Assembly: GCA_964016885.1 (NCBI GenBank)
Contig: OZ024741.1
Coordinates: 318,060,001-318,124,000, forward strand
Source of the DNA: Eledone cirrhosa
Lineage: Eukaryota
DNA length: 64,000 bases
Reading direction: 5' to 3'
Part shown: positions 12,560 to 24,860 of the stretch, one piece after another
How positions within the stretch are numbered: the stretch's first letter is position 1
How the letters are laid out: the number at the start of each line of letters is the position of its first letter
The notes under the pieces: model-generated
Told to the model about the DNA's origin: nothing
The model's database searches: none
Seen by the model: the letters and a program-made list of their open reading frames with translations, nothing else
Translations under genes and position numbers: made by a program

Positions 12560-13370
12560 GTATATATATATATATATATGTGTGTATATATATGTTTAAA
12601 TGGAAATAACAAAGCAAACAACACCATACAATGAAGAAATATATTAGTTTAATGCTTGATATAGTATGAAGAGTGTCTTTATGTTTTGAACACCAGTCTT
12701 TGATCAGAAGATAGAATGAGAAATAAAAGATGAGTGAGAAAAGGTAGGAATGGAAAAAAAACCTTTTTGAGAAAAAGCACATGTATATTTGAGTTATAGG
12801 GTGTTTCCTAATTGGTAGCTGGGGTTATAAAGTGGACGTGTAAAAGACAAGGCTAAAAGCATCTAGCCCACACTGTCAATGTGGCTGGCGTTAGGAAGGG
12901 CATCCAGCTGTAGAAAACCAGCCAGAAACACCCCTATATGAGTGAGACATAGTCACCCGACTCAACTTGCCTCTAAATGGGACCCGTCTAACCCATGCTA
13001 GCATGGAAGATGAACGTTAATCGATGATGATGATGATGATGATATACGCTTTCCTTTATATATACACGCACACTTACAAACATGCATACATACACACACG
13101 CATACACACTCAGCAAATTTTTATAGCCGGATGTCCTTCCTGACATCAACCACAATTTTCAGTATTGGAAGAGATTCACCAACTTAACAGTATTTTGGAG
13201 GTGATGACATACACAAACAGATACAGAGATCCTATCTATCAAATCCACTGACAAGGCATTAGGTGGCCCAAGGCTACAGCAGATGACACTTGCCCAAGAT
13301 CTTATACTGTGGGATTGAACCCAGAACTAAACACTTTAGAAGTCACACAGCCATGACTGCACCTTACATA

Positions 13371-13698
13371 TGAGGATTGGCTGAAAAGTTCATAGGCTGG
13401 CCTAGATACTCTCATGGAATGATCAAATGAGGTTCCCTTCTTTTTCTGGTTTTTTAAAAAAATATTTTCTTATTTTATATTCCATTCTTTCTTCTCAATG
13501 TAAAAAAAAAAATTTTCTTTTGCTATTAAATTGTTTTTACTATTATAAACATCAATTTACTACTGTTATTTCTTTTCAACATAGTCCCTGGGAAGAAGCA
13601 CTTATTGATAAGAAGAGTTGAAGTTAATGCCTGCAAGATTTCACAGCCTTAGCATCACTCCTTCATAGCCAGCCTATGAACTTTTCAGCCTACCTTCG
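13371..13698. mobile_element. Tc1/mariner-type MITE
   Basis: TIRs TGAGGATTGGCTGAAAAGTTCATAGGCTGGC / GCCAGCCTATGAACTTTTCAGCCTACCTTCG, with TA on both sides. Confidence 0.85.
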
Positions 13699-13868
13699 TA
13701 CATATTCAAAAGGATTTCTATGCTTTCTGTCAACCAAATTGCCTCATAAGGCATTGGTAAGCCTAGGGTTAAAACACCATATTAAACAGATATTTATTCA
13801 AGACAAGGTGATATGTTTGCAAATACAATTTAAACAGATATTAGAAACAAAATAGAAAAGTGGCTTAC

Positions 13869-13990
13869 TTTGTCATGGATTTCTCTCCCCTTTGTTGCTG
13901 CCTTTACATAGATGGCACCAGTGGCAAAACCCAATGCTTTGTTTGTATAGAAAATGCATCGTTTCCAGTTGTCCAATGGCTTACGAGAAT
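13869..13990 (-). CDS. M13 peptidase exon
   Basis: atctAG / GTAAGC; 122 nt, phase 1 to 0: (D)SRKPLDNWKRCIFYTNKALGFATGAIYVKAATKGREIHDK (M13 W..C...LG.A.G..YV motif). Confidence 0.93.
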
Positions 13991-14147
13991 CTAGATTATC
14001 AGAAAAAAAAGACATAGTCTTAATTCTTTCATGGCCATATTTTCTAATAAGATACACATCTGTGTGTTTAAATTAGTTTTAAATTAAACATAATCAAGAA
14101 TTTGGAGGTATTTAGAAAATTAACTGTTTTTCATTATTATGATGGAA

Positions 14148-14340
14148 AGGCAGTGGATTAGCAGTATCGGTAGAGGGTCTGACGCCATGCTCTGCAGCAA
14201 AGAGTTACAGCCATTTATGGTCTGAGTTCAAATCCCGCCAAGGTTAACTTTGCCTTTCATCCTTATGGGGTCGATAAAATAAAGAACCAGTAATGCAGTG
14301 GATAATTGCTGGCCTTGTGCCAAAAGTAGAAACAATTATT
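14148..14340 (+). mobile_element. tRNA-derived SINE family A (~190 bp); about 20 full or partial copies in the window
   Basis: A-box-like TAGCAGTATCGG, B-box GAGTTCAAATCC, body GCCTTTCATCCTTA.GGGGTCGATAAAATAAAG.ACC, (ATT)n tail; 15-bp TSD ATTATTATGATGGAA. Others at 15976, 16155, 17560, 23615, 34400, 38888, 53890, 56252, 58637. Confidence 0.9.
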
Positions 14341-14440
14341 ATGATGGAAGGTTTTACTTAAAAAAAGCACACTTTAAGAAAGATGGTATTTTATCACAAA
14401 AATAGGGGCAATCTCTGGCAGGTTAGTATCAAAGGGTTAA

Positions 14441-14679
14441 CCCTTTCATTACCATATTTCTAATAAAAAAAATTAAAAAAAATTATTTTGAAATAATTTT
14501 GAAAATAAGATTTAGTAAAATAACTTTCTCATTATTAAGCTCGTTTTGGAACATAATTTGATTAAGATTCATATATAAAATTATGATGAAGTATTTTTAG
14601 ATAAATATAAACACTTTAAGATAAACAGTTGTGGATCATTGAACCAAGGATTGTTTCAAGTGATTTGGTATGAAAAAGG
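14441..14679. mobile_element. piggyBac-type MITE, second family; relatives at 14020-14436, 20620-20975, 26140-26340, 26415-26720, 46017-46365, 48891-49118
   Basis: TTAA-CCCTTTCATTACCA ... TGGTATGAAAAAGG-TTAA; shares its left TTAA with an adjacent relative. Confidence 0.78.
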
Positions 14680-15884
14680 TTAAGTAATGAGATTAGTGAC
14701 GGGATATGTTCCCTGTTGGTAATGTAAGCGAGGTTGTTCAGCATGGAGAAGTCTGTCATGTGATTATCAATCTGGGTAGTTGACCTCTAGGGGGAGGGTT
14801 TTGTGAGATCATGAGGAGGCAGCAGCAAATCAAAGGGACAGTATGGTGGGCACTGGCTTTTTAAAGGGGTGAGGATTTTATTTAAAATGTAAACTTTCTT
14901 GTTGCCTGATGCTAAGTAACCATCATTCAATATAAAGATATGTGGCTCAGTGGTTAAGCTGTTCAACTCATGATTGTAAGGTTGTGGGTTTGATTCCTGG
15001 ACTAGGCAATGTATTGTATCCTTGAATATGACATTTCATTTCCTGTTGTTCAGCTGAGAATGTGTACCAGGAGCAGAAGCAGCATCAGGGAGTGTGGAGG
15101 CTTGTTAACCTTGTAATGGAGAGTCACCTCTTGTCCAGGAGTAAGTCATGTACTCTCAGTTACTTACTGCCATGAAACCTGATAAGTCCCTAGGCTTGAG
15201 AGAGATTTCTCAGAAGGAAATCTTGTACTCTTAGTCTCTTACTACCACATGAAACTGACATACATTCCAGCCTGATGGGCCCCTAGGCTTGAGAGAGACT
15301 TTAATTCTGTAATGGTCTGACCTCCTGTCCAGGAGGAAATCTTTTACTCCCAGTCTCTTACCACCACATGAAACTGACATAAGTTCCAGCCTGATGAACC
15401 CCTAGGCTTGAGAGAGACTTTAATTCTGTAATGGACTTATAATATATCTTTGTGTCTAATGGGAATCAATTATTTTGTGTGTTTATATAATCTGAGTATT
15501 TGAATCACAAAAGTGAGTCATTTTTTTGAAGCTAGATTAAATGTTTGTATGAGTTGGTGTGGAAGGTATAAAGTGTTGAAATAAGGATGAACATATAAAA
15601 AATAGCAACACTTCATTTATGTTTTAAATCCTCATCATCAACATCACCATTTTATGTCTATTCTTCAACTCTAGCATGGATTAGTATTTAACGAATAGGC
15701 TATGTAGCCAGTAAACCCTAAAGGGATGTAACACACATCACTATAGTGTTTCACCAGCCCCCTCCTTCTATCTGTTTATGTATTTACATGTAGATATGTG
15801 TGTATGTAACTAAAGTGTAACATAGGTTACGAACGGACGACTAAATGATTTTAACTTAACAATTGATGGTGGAAAAGATTTCAA

Positions 15885-17417
15885 ATCTAAACTATAATAA
15901 AGTAAGGAGTGCGGGACGGTGCACAGTTTATAATTTTTTATCCCATTAGTAAAATAAGTTGGATTACTTTGAATAAATAATTGTTTCTACTTTTGGCACA
16001 AGGCCAGCAATTACCCAGTGTATTACTGGTACTTTATTTTATCGACCCTGTAAGGATAAAAGGCAAAGTTAACCTCGGCGGGATTTGAACTCAGACCATA
16101 AAGGGCCGTAACTCTTTGCTGCAAAGCATAGCATCTGACCCTTACTTTGAATAAATAATTGTTTCTACTTTAGGCACAAGGCCAGCAACTACCCAGTGCC
16201 TCACTGGTACTTTATTTTATCGACCCCGTAAGGATGAAAGGCAAAGTCAACCTCGGCGGGATTTGAACTCAGATCGTAAAGGGACGTAACTATGCTAGAA
16301 AGCATGGCGTCCGACCCTCTACCGATACTACCAATCCACCGCCCTTTGAATAAATAATGAATGAATATTACATAATTTATCTACTAAATTTCGTAGCTGT
16401 TGATTAAATATATTTTATTGTTTATTTAAAGATTCACATCTTTAAAATTTTCAAATGTCAACACTTCCGGTTAGCAATCGCTTAAATAAATATTCATATA
16501 TTTCCGTCACTAATTTTCTCCTAATGCAGTTTATATATAATATCGTCTTTTTTAATGTATCATGGATTACGTTACTGATTACATAAGAGAGTGTAACGCA
16601 GTCTTTGTTCAATTTCTGTGTATATTGTCAATTACGATTTTATTTGGTGCATCATATCTACATGCATATATACTTGTGTATAATATCAATATGCACACTA
16701 CAGATGCTAGCATAAAACAACCCAAAGGGTGGTTTTTCTGCTTGTTGTCTTAACTCGGGCTGAAACTCATGGCATCTGACATTTTTACCGACTACATAGT
16801 CTCTTCCAATATTTATCACTTCAATACATGAGTATGATGTCAATAATTCCTGTTACAGAATATTCTGACAAGATACACATGGTTGAGTGTGTGTGTGTAG
16901 TCAACATTTTTGTTCCCTTTATTATCTGAACTAGCAGAAAAACTACCCTTTGAGTGGTTTTCTGCTAGCATGTGTAGTGTATATTGATATTATACACAAG
17001 TATATATACATGTAGATATGATACATCAAATAAAATCGTAATTGACAATATACAGAAATTGAATGAAGACTGTGTTACACTGTCTTATGTAATCATAACG
17101 TAATCCATGATACATTTAAAAAGATGATATTATATATAAACTGCATTGGGAGAAAATTAGCGACGGAAATATATGCAATATTTTTATAAGTGTTATAATA
17201 TAACAGCCGCTAACTGGAAGTGTTGACAATTTTAAAGAAGTGAATCTTTAAATAAGCTATAAAATATATTTAATCAACAACCATGAAATTTAGCACATAA
17301 ATTATGTAATATTCATTCATTATTTATTCAAAGTAATCCAACTTATTTTACAAACAGGGTAAAAATATATATTCTGGATGCAGTCCTGCACTTCTTTCTT
17401 TATTATAGTTAAGATTC
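15885..17417. mobile_element. Large foldback element with long imperfect inverted arms; left arm interrupted by two SINEs
   Basis: 15885-15975 plus 16345-16745 is the diverged reverse complement of ~16930-17417. Confidence 0.85.
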
Positions 17418-18206
17418 TTCATGCTTCACATTATGTATATATCTTGGGTAGGAGCCATGTTTAACTGGTTCTGAACAATAGTCATTCCTTAACCAAAAGA
17501 GCTGTTGGTTACTTTTAACAGAACCTGTAGTTCAGTGGTTGACATTATATGCCTTTAATGGTGGATTAGCAATATCGGTAGAGCGCTGGAAAACATGCTT
17601 TGTGGCATAGAGTCACGGCCCTTTACACTCTGAGTTCAAATTCCGCTGAGGTTAGCTTTGTTTTTATCGTTACAGGGTTGATAAAATAAAGTACCAGTAA
17701 TGCACTGAGGTTGATTAAATCGACTTTCCAGTCTCCCAAAATTGCTGGCCTTGTGCCTATAGTAGAAATCATTATATGCCTTTATCTTCTCTTTGTGTGT
17801 GATGAGAGAACACAATAAAAGTTCCAGGCTGGAATTCAGAGAAGGGCATGTTACAGCTTCTATCCGTTTTTTTTTTTCATGAGTGTACACGTTAGGCAAA
17901 GCCCAGAACTTACACCAGTTTCATGGGTGTTAAGTGACTGAAAGTACAAGACTATTCTTTCTGGGCAGATCATCAGGCCATCGTAGGGCCAAACTCCAAG
18001 CTGCTTCTGGTATTCAATTTTCACTGAGTGAACTGGAACAATATGAAATGAAGTGTCTTGCTCAAGGACACAATGAGTCACCCAGTCTGGGAATTGAATC
18101 CATGACCTTATGATAGTGAGTTGAAACCTCTAACCATTAGGTCACATGTCTTTTAAAACATATCACAAATAAAAAACAGTAAAATATAAAAAAATATCCA
18201 ACTTAC

Positions 18207-18292
18207 CTTTTTCATCTTCTTCTAAATTACTTTCTTTGAAAAATGGTAACATTGATCTCATTAGCATGACAATGAGATAATTCTGTATTGTT
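18207..18292 (-). CDS. M13 peptidase exon
   Basis: ttacAG / GTAAGT; 86 nt, phase 2 to 1: (E)TIQNYLIVMLMRSMLPFFKESNLEEDEK (M13 T..NYL motif). Confidence 0.9.
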
Positions 18293-18608
18293 CTGTAAAG
18301 AGAGGGAAGAAGATTGTGAGGGACACAGACCAAGATAAACATTTAGGGAGTTGGAAAGGCTTTTGAGCACATTGATAAAGTACATCAACAGCATACTCTG
18401 GAAGATGTCTGGAGGAAGGACCAGTGTTCATGGCTGCCACTGGCCTTCTAAGACTGGAGAAATGACCAGTAATTATGGTTTTCACAGGCCTTCCAATATG
18501 AGAGAGATTAATGTCTGGAGGAAGGGACAGTGCCCATGGCCTTAACAGGCCCATTTTTTATATTAAACAAGGGAGAGCAAAAGAAAATCTACAAATAAAA
18601 ATACTTAC

Positions 18609-18757
18609 TCAGCTTTCGTAATGTTGCTTTTTACATCATTTAAGAAGACTGAAAGGTGGCTTAGATAGTCAGGATACAATATGGCCACTCGGTCAGAATT
18701 TTTTATTTTGATATTACGAATTGTTGCAAGACTTTGGAAATATTTAATCCAGTTTAT
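18609..18757 (-). CDS. M13 peptidase exon
   Basis: tttAG / GTAAGT; 149 nt, phase 0 to 2: INWIKYFQSL...RVAILYPDYLSHLSVFL... (M13 INW..Y and P.YL..L motifs). Confidence 0.92.
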
Positions 18758-21034
18758 CTAAAGATTTAAGAAAAAAAAAAAAAGTTGTATATATTTAAAA
18801 TAAAGTATGAGTTAAGTAAAAGTTTTAGTTATGATGAAATCAAAAACAAATATCAGTTAAGATTCCCTAACAACTAACAATACTCTTAAAATAATTTAAG
18901 CATTCCTATAGAGACTAAAGCCAGATTTATCAACACAATTTGAGTCTCCACCCTCACCTAATAATACTAGATCTAGACTCTAAATAAAGCCCTGGAGTCG
19001 AAACTCACAACCTGTGAGATGAGATATCTTCTTCAGTAATCAATTGGTAAAACTAGAAGAGGCCAGGTGAGAAATAAAGACATTTGGCAGATAGTCGGTC
19101 CTATATCTATGTTATAATTCATAGCTAAACAATGTGTAAAATGATTTGGTCACCTTTTGAGAATACTTATTAACTTGCCAGCCCTCTGGGTGTGTTGGTG
19201 GAGGCCTATAATACTGAGTGTTTAGGATTCAGAGCCAATGATTGATTGACAAAGTCAGACATGCTCCACCCACAACATAATACTACTGTGGGTCCCATAC
19301 CTTGTTAAAGATCACCAGCTTCAGCTCCATACCATACAACACCAGTGGTGAATTGACAAAGTCTCAGACACACTCCACACCCACAACATGACACTACTAC
19401 AGGTTTCACACGTTGTAGGAGATTGCCAACAACATCTGTCTCAATTTATAGTGGTCAGTAACGCTTGGTATAACCACATTAGTTTATTGACAAATAGTGA
19501 ATGTAAATTAAACCATTGTTAAACATTATCAAGTATGAATATCTCTTCTAGCCAGAAATTACAATTTGTTCCAACAGGTTTGGTTCATAAAACTTAAAAT
19601 AATAATCTCTAACTGTTAATATATTGAAAAATTGGCACACTGAAGGCTTTTAAAACTGTTTTGTCTATTATAAATATACTCCCTTTTATGACCGATATTT
19701 AATTATTTTTCTAGCAGGAAAAAAGAATTAAAATATAATTTAAAAAAAATGATTAAAAAAAAAAAATCGTTTTTAGAAGTTATTTATTTATAATAGAAAT
19801 AAAAAAAGACTATGTTAAAGACATTTATTTCATTTTTCAAAGAGGCAATTATTTGACAAATCTATTATTAACTTAAAAAACAACGTTTTTTTTAAAGATT
19901 TTATGTACAGTTTTCAAAGGGGTAGTTATTTGGCAAACATATAATTTATTAAAAAAAAAATGTAAATATATGTTGATAAAAAATATTGAGGGTGCAATTT
20001 TATTGAGGAAACGTTTTTAAGAACATTTTTAAGAGTAAATAAAGTTTGTCAAATAATTATCCCTTTGAAGACTAAAAATAATTGACTTTTAGGAACATGT
20101 TTTTTTAAAGTAAATAAGGTTTCTGAAATAACTACCCCCTTAAAAGCTATATTCAAATGTATTTTAGGAAGGATATTTTTTTCTGTTATTTCCTTAAAAC
20201 TATGAATAAATGTATTTTTCTGCAGTATGTCAGTGTCCCTATTTTGGATTATCATAAATTTCCTATATGCCATCAAATACAGTATATTAAAATGTCATTA
20301 ACACCTATGACTGTATTACTAACAAAATATCTATGTATGTATATATGGTCCCATAACTCCTGATAGAGTCATTGGGGTGCTGTATTGACATACTGGCCCT
20401 CTCCAGGCCCGAGTTCAGCAGATTTCTTCTAGAGAAAGATAGAAAGTAAGAAAGAGGAAATGAGAAAGAGATATAGAGGAAGAATCGACCCCAGTACTAG
20501 ACTGGTACTTTTTTTGTTGACGTTGAAAGGATGAAAGGCAAAGTTGACCTCAGAGAGCTGGAATGAATACCTAAAGCATTCTAGCCAATGTTCTAACAAT
20601 TCTGACAATTTGCTGCCTACTAACAAAATATACTCTATTTCAATTAATTAATGAAGAATTTTGAGTGATTTACTAAACTTGTTAATTAGTTCATTAGTAA
20701 AATAGTAAGTTAACATGATTCCTATATAAAATTATGTTGGGATATTTAAGCTTTTCATAAGTGTATCTCTAATGAAATACATGCTATTCCAATTAATTAA
20801 TGAAGTATTATGAGGAATTCGCTAAAATTATTAATTGTTTCATTTTACTAAGTTAGTAACTTAACATATGGTTTTTATATAAAATTATATTGGAATATTT
20901 TAATCTAAATAGAAACCCTTTAAAATGGGTTCAGAGAATCAGAGCTGGTTTTGGCCAGGTTGGTATGAAGAAGGTTAATGTTAACACTGAAATGAAGTAA
21001 AGTGTATAAAGTATAAGGTGAAAAGTCAACTTAC

Positions 21035-21106
21035 CGCTGGGTACCTTATAAGCAGATCATGAATAGTGGACACATTGTAGCTTTCTGTTAATGATAGGGA
21101 TTTCAT
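21035..21106 (-). CDS. M13 peptidase exon
   Basis: tgtAG / GTAAGT; 72 nt, phase 0-0: MKSLSLTESYNVSTIHDLLIRYPA (M13 YN..TI.DL...P). Confidence 0.85.
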
Positions 21107-21324
21107 CTACAAGAGAGATAGGAAAATATATGTGAATTCAACGAATATTATTGGCTACATAGATGAGCCAACAACTCCTGGTGGAGTTTTAGCGGTACTG
21201 GGGGAGGGAATGTGAGTGAAATATATAAATATATATCATCATCATTATGGAAACAAAAAAGCAAACAACACAGTACAATGAAAAAATATATTTGTTTAAT
21301 GCTTGGTATAGTAGCAAAAATGTC

Positions 21325-21357
<33 letters not shown>

Positions 21358-22099
21358 TATATAAGTAGTTCTTCAACAGTTAGTACACCATTTGTGAGAG
21401 CAATTTGTTTCACCTCGATGGATACGCAGCTCGGTTTAAATGAGATAAAACAGAAAAGGAAGATCATGTTACAAATAAACATGCGCAGAAGATATATATA
21501 TATACAAGTTTAAACAATATACAACAATCTATATATCAATTAGAAACAATTAGTATTTTGTACATTTATACAGAGCAATTAATATGTAAGTAAATATACA
21601 TACTTCAAAGTGGTAACAAGCCTAAACTTCCCTATATAAATCTGATTTATAAAATGCAAAGAATGAAGCAAACTATCAATCTAAATATTCAGTATCAATC
21701 ACCAATTATCGATTTTGGTAATAAGCATCTTAAGACTTTGTTTCTCAATTGATATATATATTTATCCTTTTTTATATATCATTTAAACTTGTATAATTGA
21801 TGCTCTGAACTAATGTCCATGGAGCTTTTTTATTGCAAAACATAATCGATTTATATTTAATATGTATCGATTCTCCTGTGAAGTAGTTGGTGATGGGAAG
21901 GGCATTCAGCTCTGGATGGCGAAACAAACAAAGGGTTGGGAGGACTTTTCAGTTGTGTCAAGGACATGACAGCCTCCCTAGTGTTTGGTGATCTACATAA
22001 TAAATGCACCCAGTGCATGCTGTAAAGTGGTTGGTAATAGGAAGGGCATACAGCCATAGAGATCTTGTCAAACAAAAAGGACTCTCAATTATGTGAAAG

Positions 22100-23275
22100 A
22101 CATGACAACCTCTCCTGTGCACTTGGTGGACCCTGATTCTTACAGAGAAGTGGCCCTGCTCAATATGTAGAAAAGGAGTAGATATAAACTCTATATGATG
22201 TACACAATGTAAATCTTGAGTACACAAGAGATGTGGTGGGATAACAGGTAGACTATCAGGAAAGGAAGTCTTTGTATGTAGAAGTCGCAAAGGGATAATT
22301 GAGGGGAAGAGCATCTGTGATATAAATCTTTTCCAATCACATGAAGGATCCATAGAAGAGATTAATAGCTTCTGCTATCTACATGACCTAATTAGCAGCA
22401 GAAGAGGGTATTCTAAATCTTTATTTAACCAAAAGGTCTTTTAGCTTCCAAGCTTTACGTCTCCATATTTTTCTGCATACCTTGTTCCATCTTGTGTTTA
22501 TCCTGATATCACTAATAACTAACTTGTGTTGGGTAGCACATCATTCACAGGGGAATGCCTTAGCATTTATTACTGTCTGTCTATCTCATTGTCATACAAG
22601 TAAGAAATAAATCTGGCTTGTGTGTTCACTTGATTGGTATGTGATTAGGTGGCTGGTAGGTTTCCTGAAATTTGTTTTGGCTAGTTCATTTGCATCATAG
22701 AATTCCAGAAGCTTCATTTCCTCTTCCTTTCTTGAACTATAACCATAGCCACAATGAGCTCCACTGAATTCATCTTGATACTGTCCAACATGTCTATTGA
22801 AGTCACCTGCCAGCTTGATGAGGTCTTTTCATCAGTAGCTGAGGTTGTCAGTAAAAGTTCCTCACAGAACATGTCCTTTTGTTCTTTACTCAGTCCTACA
22901 TGTGGTGCATAAGTAGATGTAACTGTCACCATTCTATTTCCTACAGTTTTTCCAAGCTTAATAATCTGTCACTTACTCTAACTACCTCTATCACCTTATC
23001 TATCCATTTCTCAGCAAGTAGAATACCTACACCTCCTTCCCTATCGTCATTTCCTATCAAGTAAAGTTTGTATCTATGCTGTTTGCTGGTAAGTAGTCTT
23101 TCTGAGGCACCTCACCATCTCACCTCTTATACACAAGACCAGGATACATCCAATTCTCTTGTTTCGAACAGTTTCATAATTTCACCTGATTTACCTTTCA
23201 GGTGTCAACTTTGAGGGTGGCAGTCCTGAGATTTGTAACTTGACAGTGATTAGTTTCATGAGTTCTTTGTACCTG
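22100..23275. mobile_element. Degenerate RTE fragments: PHD region (+, ~22100-22400) and endonuclease region (-, ~22410-23275)
   Basis: Plus strand: KWPCSICRKGV..VHKRCGGITG. Minus strand: GVGILLAEKW, VTSTYAPHVG. Confidence 0.75.
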
Positions 23276-23300
23276 TAAGGGAATATATATATATATTTAC

Positions 23301-23429
23301 CTGAATGAGAGTCTTTTCCATAATGCTGACATCATAGGCCATCTTGCTGACATTAACTGACTTTCCAATAAAAAGTTCCATTACTCTAATTGTTTCTTTA
23401 AGATAGCGATCAAATGATTCATTTAGATA
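23301..23429 (-). CDS. M13 peptidase exon
   Basis: ttttAG / GTAAAT; 129 nt, phase 0-0: YLNESFDRYLKETIRVMELFIGKSVNVSKMAYDVSIMEKTLIQ (M13-like helix ending ..E..L). Confidence 0.85.
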
Positions 23430-24165
23430 CTAAAAATAAAAAAAATAAAAAAGTTTTGCATTACTTGATAATTTAGAACAAAGGACTCAACATAGTTAAT
23501 ATCCACCTGTAGGGCTTGATGGGACTACCCAGAGGTCAATGGGACAAACCAGGGGTCAATGGGACTTTGGGACCTAAACCTGACATTTATAGATGGGAAT
23601 GAAAATACATAAAATAATTGTTTCTACTTTTGGCACAAGGCCAGTAATTACCCAGTACATTACTGGTACTTTATTTTATCGACCCCGTAAGGATGAAAGG
23701 CAAAGTTAACCTCGGCGGGATTTGAACTCAGATCGTAAAGGGACGTAACTATGCTGCAAAGCATGGCGTCCAACTCTCTACCGATACTGCCAATTCACCG
23801 TCCCGAAAATACATAAAATAATACAATAGAATACAAGTTACAGAAGTTTCTAATTTATATATAATTAGTATCTAATGTCTATTTCATATAATACTTTATT
23901 AACTGATTTATCAGTCTCAGCCATACTAAATAATGTCTATGTATTTATTGTAAAATCACTTAACTTTTAACTCTACAAAATACTTCAGCAATGCTGGTAT
24001 AGTCACTGGTATAGGCTGCCTTGTGGCTCCGGAGGACAGAATAGAGAAGGTGTTTCCCCAGAATATGGTGAGGGAGACATATTGGAAGAGCCATTTCAGC
24101 TCACGAGGCTCACACTTATAGGTAGCCAACTCTGAGCCAATTTATTTACATACCTGCTTGAGGTA

Positions 24166-24400
24166 GATTAAGAGGTCAAGGATTCCCTGAAGAAGGTTGA
24201 TGGTCTAAAATGTTTGGGGTGGATTGAGAGGTCAAGGATACTCTGAAGAGGGTTGATGGTCTAAAATGTTTGGGGTGGATTGAGAGGTCAAGGATACTCT
24301 GAAGAGGGCTGATGGTCTAAAATGTTTGGGGTGGATTGAGGGGTCAAGGATACTCTGAAGAGGGCTGATGGTCTAAAATGTTTGGGGTGAGAGGTCAAGG
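24166..24400 (+). repeat. 56-bp tandem repeat, about 4 copies
   Basis: Unit GATTGAGAGGTCAAGGATACTCTGAAGAGGG.TGATGGTCTAAAATGTTTGGGGTG; period 56 (24226 to 24282). Confidence 0.92.
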
Positions 24401-24764
24401 AATCTGAATATGAGAATTATAGCTAACATCCGGTAACAATTGAGGGGAATTACATTTACACATGAATTGGCACTATGATTATAGAATTACACTTACACAT
24501 GGATTGGCATTGTGATTGGATTGACACAGTTATTATAGGTTTTATTTTAAAGTTCGTAATTAGGTGTCTATGGTGGTCTCAGTTCCTTATGGAAGTCATC
24601 GCTATCAGTTGATCTTAAAAGAAGCTTCTTTGGTGCCATTAGTTAGCAGACACTTGAGCAAAGTGCTGCACAGTGGGACTGAGCCTGAAACCATGTCATT
24701 CCAATGTGAACTTCTTAACCACACAGTCATATATGAAATAATGTACTGAAAGAAAGATATTTAC

Positions 24765-24860
24765 CTGGGCATATAGTTGACCACGGGCTGATGTTTCATT
24801 TCCTTGGTCTCCCGTTACTGGATGTCGGTGGGAATCTAGGAAATTTGTTCCAATTCCGAT
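24765..24860 (-). CDS. M13 peptidase exon
   Basis: ttaacAG / GTAAAT; 96 nt, phase 0-0, open: IGIGTNFLDSHRHPVTGDQGNETSARGQLYAQ. Phase fits neighbours but sequence conservation is weak. Confidence 0.7.

Noticed and set aside
15160-15430. GAAAC...CTGATG repeats resembling hammerhead boxes
   Set aside because: Box order and pairing do not give a hammerhead junction; it is a triplicated SINE 3' part.
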